DNA from: Lingula anatina
Taxonomy: Eukaryota; Animalia; Brachiopoda
Direction of reading: 5' to 3'
Assembly (NCBI GenBank): GCA_051362555.1
Contig: CM120642.1
Span: forward strand, 12,152,001 to 12,216,000
Length of the DNA stretch: 64,000 bases
The position numbers were made by a program, and so were the translations under genes. The notes below the pieces were generated by a model. It made no database searches. It was not told the origin of the DNA and was given only the letters and a program-made list of their open reading frames with translations. Shown piece after piece: positions 55,123 through 64,000 of the stretch (positions are counted from its first letter, which is position 1; each line of letters opens with the position of its first letter).

Positions 55123-55130
55123 CCCAAAAA
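55123..55130 (+). repeat. Target-site duplication, right copy (CCCAAAAA)
   Basis: Identical to 54498-54505. It cannot be extended to 9 bp on either side without a mismatch. Confidence 0.95.
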
Positions 55131-58100
55131 TGACCCGTCACCAAATTTTCCAAAAAGTGATGAAAATCAATCTACCACACCTGTCATTCATAAAAAATGT
55201 GGAAACGCGCCCGGATCACTTCATTAAAGCCCCCAATTTCAGCTTTAAAGATGGCCAAAAAGCACACCTGAGAACAGGATTTGGAGAGAGGGGGGGTGGA
55301 GAGAGTTTTTGCTCTATTTCTTCCTTAATAATGACACAACCACTCTTCCAGCACTTTATTCTGACTACAAATGACCAAACACACCTACCAGACACTATAA
55401 TGAAGAAAAAAATTTTTCAGCCCTACCTGGCCAAAATTGAAGAAAACTGCCATATCCGGACCTTACAAAAATCACTCAAAATCACCCAAAAATGACCCGT
55501 CACCAAATTTTTCAAAAAGTGATGAAAATCAATCTACCACACCTGTCATTCATAAAAAATGTGGAAACGCGCCCGGATCACTTCATTAAAGCCCCCAATT
55601 TCAGCTTTAAAGATGGCCAAAAAGCACACCTGAGAACAGGATTTGGAGAGAGGGGGGGTGGAGAGAGTTTTTGCTCTATTTCTTCCTTAATAATGACACA
55701 ACCACTCTTCCAGCACTTTATTCTGACTACAAATGACCAAACACACCTACCAGACACTATAATGAAGAAAAAAATTAACCCTACCTGGCCAAAATTGAAG
55801 AAAACTGCCATATCCGGACCTTACGAAAATCACTCAAAATCACCCAAAAATGACCCGTCACCAAATTTTCCAAAAAGTGATGAAAATCAATCTACCACAC
55901 CTGTCATTCATAAAAAATGTGGAAACGCGCCCGGATCACTTCATTAAAGCCCCCAATTTCAGCTTTAAAGATGGCCAAAAAGCACACCTGAGAACAGGAT
56001 TTGGAGAGAGGGGGGGTGGAGAGAGTTTTTGCTCTATTTCTTCCTTAATAATGACACAACCACTCTTCCAGCACTTTATTCTGACTACAAATGACCAAAC
56101 ACACCTACCAGACACTATAATGAAGAAAAAAATTTTTCAACCCTACCTGGCCAAAATTGAAGAAAACTGCCATATCCGGACCTTACGAAAATCACTCAAA
56201 ATCACCCAAAAATGACCCGTCACCAAATTTTCCAAAAAGTGATGAAAATCAATCTACCACACCTGTCATTCATAAAAAATGTGGAAACGCGCCCGGATCA
56301 CTTCATTAAAGCCCCCAATTTCAGCTTTAAAGATGGCCAAAAAGCACACCTGAGAACAGGATTTGGAGAGAGGGGGGGTGGAGAGAGTTTTTGCTCTATT
56401 TCTTCCTTAATAATGACACAACCACTCTTCCAGCACTTTATTCTGACTACAAATGACCAAACACACCTACCAGACACTATAATGAAGAAAAAAATTTTTC
56501 AACCCTACCTGGCCAAAATTGAAGAAAACTGCCATATCCGGACCTTACGAAAATCACTCAAAATCACCCAAAAATGACCCGTCACCAAATTTTCCAAAAA
56601 GTGATGAAAATCAATCTACCACACCTGTCATTCATAAAAAATGTGGAAACGCGCCCGGATCACTTCATTAAAGCCCCCAATTTCAGCTTTAAAGATGGCC
56701 AAAAAGCACACCTGAGAACAGGATTTGGAGAGAGGGGGGGTGGAGAGAGTTTTTGCTCTATTTCTTCCTTAATAATGACACAACCACTCTTCCAGCACTT
56801 TATTCTGACTACAAATGACCAAACACACCTACCAGACACTATAATGAAGAAAAAAATTTTTCAACCCTACCTGGCCAAAATTGAAGAAAACTGCCATATC
56901 CGGACCTTACGAAAATCACTCAAAATCACCCAAAAATGACCCGTCACCAAATTTTCCAAAAAGTGATGAAAATCAATCTACCACACCTGTCATTCATAAA
57001 AAATGTGGAAACGCGCCCGGATCACTTCATTAAAGCCCCCAATTTCAGCTTTAAAGATGGCCAAAAAGCACACCTGAGAACAGGATTTGGAGAGAGGGGG
57101 GGTGGAGAGAGTTTTTGCTCTATTTCTTCCTTAATAATGACACAACCACTCTTCCAGCACTTTATTCTGACTACAAATGACCAAACACACCTACCAGACA
57201 CTATAATGAAGAAAAAAATTTTTCAACCCTACCTGGCCAAAATTGAAGAAAACTGCCATATCCGGACCTTACGAAAATCACTCAAAATCACCCAAAAATG
57301 ACCCGTCACCAAATTTTCCAAAAAGTGATGAAAATCAATCTACCACACCTGTCATTCATAAAAAATGTGGAAACGCGCCCGGATCACTTCATTAAAGCCC
57401 CCAATTTCAGCTTTAAAGATGGCCAAAAAGCACACCTGAGAACAGGATTTGGAGAGAGGGGGGGTGGAGAGAGTTTTTGCTCTATTTCTTCCTTAATAAT
57501 GACACAACCACTCTTCCAGCACTTTATTCTGACTACAAATGACCAAACACACCTACCAGACACTATAATGAAGAAAAAAATTTTTCAACCCTACCTGGCC
57601 AAAATTGAAGAAAACTGCCATATCCGGACCTTACGAAAATCACTCAAAATCACCCAAAAATGACCCGTCACCAAATTTTCCAAAAAGTGATGAAAATCAA
57701 TCTACCACACCTGTCATTCATAAAAAATGTGGAAACGCGCCCGGATCACTTCATTAAAGCCCCCAATTTCAGCTTTAAAGATGGCCAAAAAGCACACCTG
57801 AGAACAGGATTTGGAGAGAGGGGGGGTGGAGAGAGTTTTTGCTCTATTTCTTCCTTAATAATGACACAACCACTCTTCCAGCACTTTATTCTGACTACAA
57901 ATGACCAAACACACCTACCAGACACTATAATGAAGAAAAAAATTTTTCAACCCTACCTGGCCAAAATTGAAGAAAACTGCCATATCCGGACCTTACGAAA
58001 ATCACTCAAAATCACCCAAAAATGACCCGTCACCAAATTTTCCAAAAAGTGATGAAAATCAATCTACCACACCTGTCATTCATAAAAAATGTGGAAACGC

Positions 58101-61100
58101 GCCCGGATCACTTCATTAAAGCCCCCAATTTCAGCTTTAAAGATGGCCAAAAAGCACACCTGAGAACAGGATTTGGAGAGAGGGGGGGTGGAGAGAGTTT
58201 TTGCTCTATTTCTTCCTTAATAATGACACAACCACTCTTCCAGCACTTTATTCTGACTACAAATGACCAAACACACCTACCAGACACTATAATGAAGAAA
58301 AAAATTTTTCAACCCTACCTGGCCAAAATTGAAGAAAACTGCCATATCCGGACCTTACGAAAATCACTCAAAATCACCCAAAAATGACCCGTCACCAAAT
58401 TTTCCAAAAAGTGATGAAAATCAATCTACCACACCTGTCATTCATAAAAAATGTGGAAACGCGCCCGGATCACTTCATTAAAGCCCCCAATTTCAGCTTT
58501 AAAGATGGCCAAAAAGCACACCTGAGAACAGGATTTGGAGAGAGGGGGGGTGGAGAGAGTTTTTGCTCTATTTCTTCCTTAATAATGACACAACCACTCT
58601 TCCAGCACTTTATTCTGACTACAAATGACCAAACACACCTACCAGACACTATAATGAAGAAAAAAATTTTTCAACCCTACCTGGCCAAAATTGAAGAAAA
58701 CTGCCATATCCGGACCTTACGAAAATCACTCAAAATCACCCAAAAATGACCCGTCACCAAATTTTCCAAAAAGTGATGAAAATCAATCTACCACACCTGT
58801 CATTCATAAAAAATGTGGAAACGCGCCCGGATCACTTCATTAAAGCCCCCAATTTCAGCTTTAAAGATGGCCAAAAAGCACACCTGAGAACAGGATTTGG
58901 AGAGAGGGGGGGTGGAGAGAGTTTTTGCTCTATTTCTTCCTTAATAATGACACAACCACTCTTCCAGCACTTTATTCTGACTACAAATGACCAAACACAC
59001 CTACCAGACACTATAATGAAGAAAAAAATTTTTCAACCCTACCTGGCCAAAATTGAAGAAAACTGCCATATCCGGACCTTACGAAAATCACTCAAAATCA
59101 CCCAAAAATGACCCGTCACCAAATTTTCCAAAAAGTGATGAAAATCAATCTACCACACCTGTCATTCATAAAAAATGTGGAAACGCGCCCGGATCACTTC
59201 ATTAAAGCCCCCAATTTCAGCTTTAAAGATGGCCAAAAAGCACACCTGAGAACAGGATTTGGAGAGAGGGGGGGTGGAGAGAGTTTTTGCTCTATTTCTT
59301 CCTTAATAATGACACAACCACTCTTCCAGCACTTTATTCTGACTACAAATGACCAAACACACCTACCAGACACTATAATGAAGAAAAAAATTTTTCAACC
59401 CTACCTGGCCAAAATTGAAGAAAACTGCCATATCCGGACCTTACGAAAATCACTCAAAATCACCCAAAAATGACCCGTCACCAAATTTTCCAAAAAGTGA
59501 TGAAAATCAATCTACCACACCTGTCATTCATAAAAAATGTGGAAACGCGCCCGGATCACTTCATTAAAGCCCCCAATTTCAGCTTTAAAGATGGCCAAAA
59601 AGCACACCTGAGAACAGGATTTGGAGAGAGGGGGGGTGGAGAGAGTTTTTGCTCTATTTCTTCCTTAATAATGACACAACCACTCTTCCAGCACTTTATT
59701 CTGACTACAAATGACCAAACACACCTACCAGACACTATAATGAAGAAAAAAATTTTTCAACCCTACCTGGCCAAAATTGAAGAAAACTGCCATATCCGGA
59801 CCTTACGAAAATCACTCAAAATCACCCAAAAATGACCCGTCACCAAATTTTCCAAAAAGTGATGAAAATCAATCTACCACACCTGTCATTCATAAAAAAT
59901 GTGGAAACGCGCCCGGATCACTTCATTAAAGCCCCCAATTTCAGCTTTAAAGATGGCCAAAAAGCACACCTGAGAACAGGATTTGGAGAGAGGGGGGGTG
60001 GAGAGAGTTTTTGCTCTATTTCTTCCTTAATAATGACACAACCACTCTTCCAGCACTTTATTCTGACTACAAATGACCAAACACACCTACCAGACACTAT
60101 AATGAAGAAAAAAATTTTTCAACCCTACCTGGCCAAAATTGAAGAAAACTGCCATATCCGGACCTTACGAAAATCACTCAAAATCACCCAAAAATGACCC
60201 GTCACCAAATTTTCCAAAAAGTGATGAAAATCAATCTACCACACCTGTCATTCATAAAAAATGTGGAAACGCGCCCGGATCACTTCATTAAAGCCCCCAA
60301 TTTCAGCTTTAAAGATGGCCAAAAAGCACACCTGAGAACAGGATTTGGAGAGAGGGGGGGTGGAGAGAGTTTTTGCTCTATTTCTTCCTTAATAATGACA
60401 CAACCACTCTTCCAGCACTTTATTCTGACTACAAATGACCAAACACACCTACCAGACACTATAATGAAGAAAAAAATTTTTCAACCCTACCTGGCCAAAA
60501 TTGAAGAAAACTGCCATATCCGGACCTTACGAAAATCACTCAAAATCACCCAAAAATGACCCGTCACCAAATTTTCCAAAAAGTGATGAAAATCAATCTA
60601 CCACACCTGTCATTCATAAAAAATGTGGAAACGCGCCCGGATCACTTCATTAAAGCCCCCAATTTCAGCTTTAAAGATGGCCAAAAAGCACACCTGAGAA
60701 CAGGATTTGGAGAGAGGGGGGGTGGAGAGAGTTTTTGCTCTATTTCTTCCTTAATAATGACACAACCACTCTTCCAGCACTTTATTCTGACTACAAATGA
60801 CCAAACACACCTACCAGACACTATAATGAAGAAAAAAATTTTTCAACCCTACCTGGCCAAAATTGAAGAAAACTGCCATATCCGGACCTTACGAAAATCA
60901 CTCAAAATCACCCAAAAATGACCCGTCACCAAATTTTCCAAAAAGTGATGAAAATCAATCTACCACACCTGTCATTCATAAAAAATGTGGAAACGCGCCC
61001 GGATCACTTCATTAAAGCCCCCAATTTCAGCTTTAAAGATGGCCAAAAAGCACACCTGAGAACAGGATTTGGAGAGAGGGGGGGTGGAGAGAGTTTTTGC

Positions 61101-64000
61101 TCTATTTCTTCCTTAATAATGACACAACCACTCTTCCAGCACTTTATTCTGACTACAAATGACCAAACACACCTACCAGACACTATAATGAAGAAAAAAA
61201 TTTTTCAACCCTACCTGGCCAAAATTGAAGAAAACTGCCATATCCGGACCTTACGAAAATCACTCAAAATCACCCAAAAATGACCCGTCACCAAATTTTC
61301 CAAAAAGTGATGAAAATCAATCTACCACACCTGTCATTCATAAAAAATGTGGAAACGCGCCCGGATCACTTCATTAAAGCCCCCAATTTCAGCTTTAAAG
61401 ATGGCCAAAAAGCACACCTGAGAACAGGATTTGGAGAGAGGGGGGGTGGAGAGAGTTTTTGCTCTATTTCTTCCTTAATAATGACACAACCACTCTTCCA
61501 GCACTTTATTCTGACTACAAATGACCAAACACACCTACCAGACACTATAATGAAGAAAAAAATTTTTCAACCCTACCTGGCCAAAATTGAAGAAAACTGC
61601 CATATCCGGACCTTACGAAAATCACTCAAAATCACCCAAAAATGACCCGTCACCAAATTTTCCAAAAAGTGATGAAAATCAATCTACCACACCTGTCATT
61701 CATAAAAAATGTGGAAACGCGCCCGGATCACTTCATTAAAGCCCCCAATTTCAGCTTTAAAGATGGCCAAAAAGCACACCTGAGAACAGGATTTGGAGAG
61801 AGGGGGGGTGGAGAGAGTTTTTGCTCTATTTCTTCCTTAATAATGACACAACCACTCTTCCAGCACTTTATTCTGACTACAAATGACCAAACACACCTAC
61901 CAGACACTATAATGAAGAAAAAAATTTTTCAACCCTACCTGGCCAAAATTGAAGAAAACTGCCATATCCGGACCTTACGAAAATCACTCAAAATCACCCA
62001 AAAATGACCCGTCACCAAATTTTCCAAAAAGTGATGAAAATCAATCTACCACACCTGTCATTCATAAAAAATGTGGAAACGCGCCCGGATCACTTCATTA
62101 AAGCCCCCAATTTCAGCTTTAAAGATGGCCAAAAAGCACACCTGAGAACAGGATTTGGAGAGAGGGGGGGTGGAGAGAGTTTTTGCTCTATTTCTTCCTT
62201 AATAATGACACAACCACTCTTCCAGCACTTTATTCTGACTACAAATGACCAAACACACCTACCAGACACTATAATGAAGAAAAAAATTTTTCAACCCTAC
62301 CTGGCCAAAATTGAAGAAAACTGCCATATCCGGACCTTACGAAAATCACTCAAAATCACCCAAAAATGACCCGTCACCAAATTTTCCAAAAAGTGATGAA
62401 AATCAATCTACCACACCTGTCATTCATAAAAAATGTGGAAACGCGCCCGGATCACTTCATTAAAGCCCCCAATTTCAGCTTTAAAGATGGCCAAAAAGCA
62501 CACCTGAGAACAGGATTTGGAGAGAGGGGGGGTGGAGAGAGTTTTTGCTCTATTTCTTCCTTAATAATGACACAACCACTCTTCCAGCACTTTATTCTGA
62601 CTACAAATGACCAAACACACCTACCAGACACTATAATGAAGAAAAAAATTTTTCAACCCTACCTGGCCAAAATTGAAGAAAACTGCCATATCCGGACCTT
62701 ACGAAAATCACTCAAAATCACCCAAAAATGACCCGTCACCAAATTTTCCAAAAAGTGATGAAAATCAATCTACCACACCTGTCATTCATAAAAAATGTGG
62801 AAACGCGCCCGGATCACTTCATTAAAGCCCCCAATTTCAGCTTTAAAGATGGCCAAAAAGCACACCTGAGAACAGGATTTGGAGAGAGGGGGGGTGGAGA
62901 GAGTTTTTGCTCTATTTCTTCCTTAATAATGACACAACCACTCTTCCAGCACTTTATTCTGACTACAAATGACCAAACACACCTACCAGACACTATAATG
63001 AAGAAAAAAATTTTTCAACCCTACCTGGCCAAAATTGAAGAAAACTGCCATATCCGGACCTTACGAAAATCACTCAAAATCACCCAAAAATGACCCGTCA
63101 CCAAATTTTCCAAAAAGTGATGAAAATCAATCTACCACACCTGTCATTCATAAAAAATGTGGAAACGCGCCCGGATCACTTCATTAAAGCCCCCAATTTC
63201 AGCTTTAAAGATGGCCAAAAAGCACACCTGAGAACAGGATTTGGAGAGAGGGGGGGTGGAGAGAGTTTTTGCTCTATTTCTTCCTTAATAATGACACAAC
63301 CACTCTTCCAGCACTTTATTCTGACTACAAATGACCAAACACACCTACCAGACACTATAATGAAGAAAAAAATTTTTCAACCCTACCTGGCCAAAATTGA
63401 AGAAAACTGCCATATCCGGACCTTACGAAAATCACTCAAAATCACCCAAAAATGACCCGTCACCAAATTTTCCAAAAAGTGATGAAAATCAATCTACCAC
63501 ACCTGTCATTCATAAAAAATGTGGAAACGCGCCCGGATCACTTCATTAAAGCCCCCAATTTCAGCTTTAAAGATGGCCAAAAAGCACACCTGAGAACAGG
63601 ATTTGGAGAGAGGGGGGGTGGAGAGAGTTTTTGCTCTATTTCTTCCTTAATAATGACACAACCACTCTTCCAGCACTTTATTCTGACTACAAATGACCAA
63701 ACACACCTACCAGACACTATAATGAAGAAAAAAATTTTTCAACCCTACCTGGCCAAAATTGAAGAAAACTGCCATATCCGGACCTTACGAAAATCACTCA
63801 AAATCACCCAAAAATGACCCGTCACCAAATTTTCCAAAAAGTGATGAAAATCAATCTACCACACCTGTCATTCATAAAAAATGTGGAAACGCGCCCGGAT
63901 CACTTCATTAAAGCCCCCAATTTCAGCTTTAAAGATGGCCAAAAAGCACACCTGAGAACAGGATTTGGAGAGAGGGGGGGTGGAGAGAGTTTTTGCTCTA
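55123..64000. repeat. 362-bp tandem satellite array, right part (about 24.5 monomers)
   Basis: Same monomer and orientation. Register resumes exactly after the insertion (55130-54143 = 987 = 362 + 617 + 8). The array runs off the right edge. Confidence 0.99.

Noticed and set aside
1785-55811. Minus-strand 69-78 aa ORFs and longer 139-192 aa plus-strand ORFs
   Set aside because: They appear only in monomers with small indels that join reading frames, so they are by-products.
283-63817. About 170 near-identical 121-aa ORFs as a tandem gene family
   Set aside because: There is no intergenic space, promoter or recognisable domain, and stops and frameshifts are tolerated. The ORFs simply restate the satellite monomer, so they are not annotated as CDS.
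1-64000. CRISPR array
   Set aside because: There are no unique spacers between repeats, the unit is 362 bp, and no cas genes are present.

Overview
Almost the whole window is one head-to-tail array of about 175 copies of a 362-bp, roughly 40% GC satellite monomer, all in the same orientation and nearly identical. It looks like eukaryotic heterochromatic or possibly centromeric satellite DNA; the organism cannot be identified from the sequence alone. The array is interrupted once, at 54506-55122, by a 617-bp non-autonomous DNA transposon with 77-bp terminal inverted repeats (TIRs; 3 mismatches, each with an internal hairpin) and an exact 8-bp target-site duplication (TSD, CCCAAAAA). The element carries the 5' remnant of a RecQ-like superfamily 2 helicase gene (LKPEQ..EA and DVFCVLPTGYGKSLI) that the ORF track misses. 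This points to a helicase-encoding TIR transposon parent, AcademH-like but with an atypically short TSD. Shared monomer variants reveal local 6-mer duplications (incipient higher-order repeats), short-repeat-mediated indels and long invariant tracts. The repeated 121-aa ORF is most likely a by-product of the monomer and not a gene.
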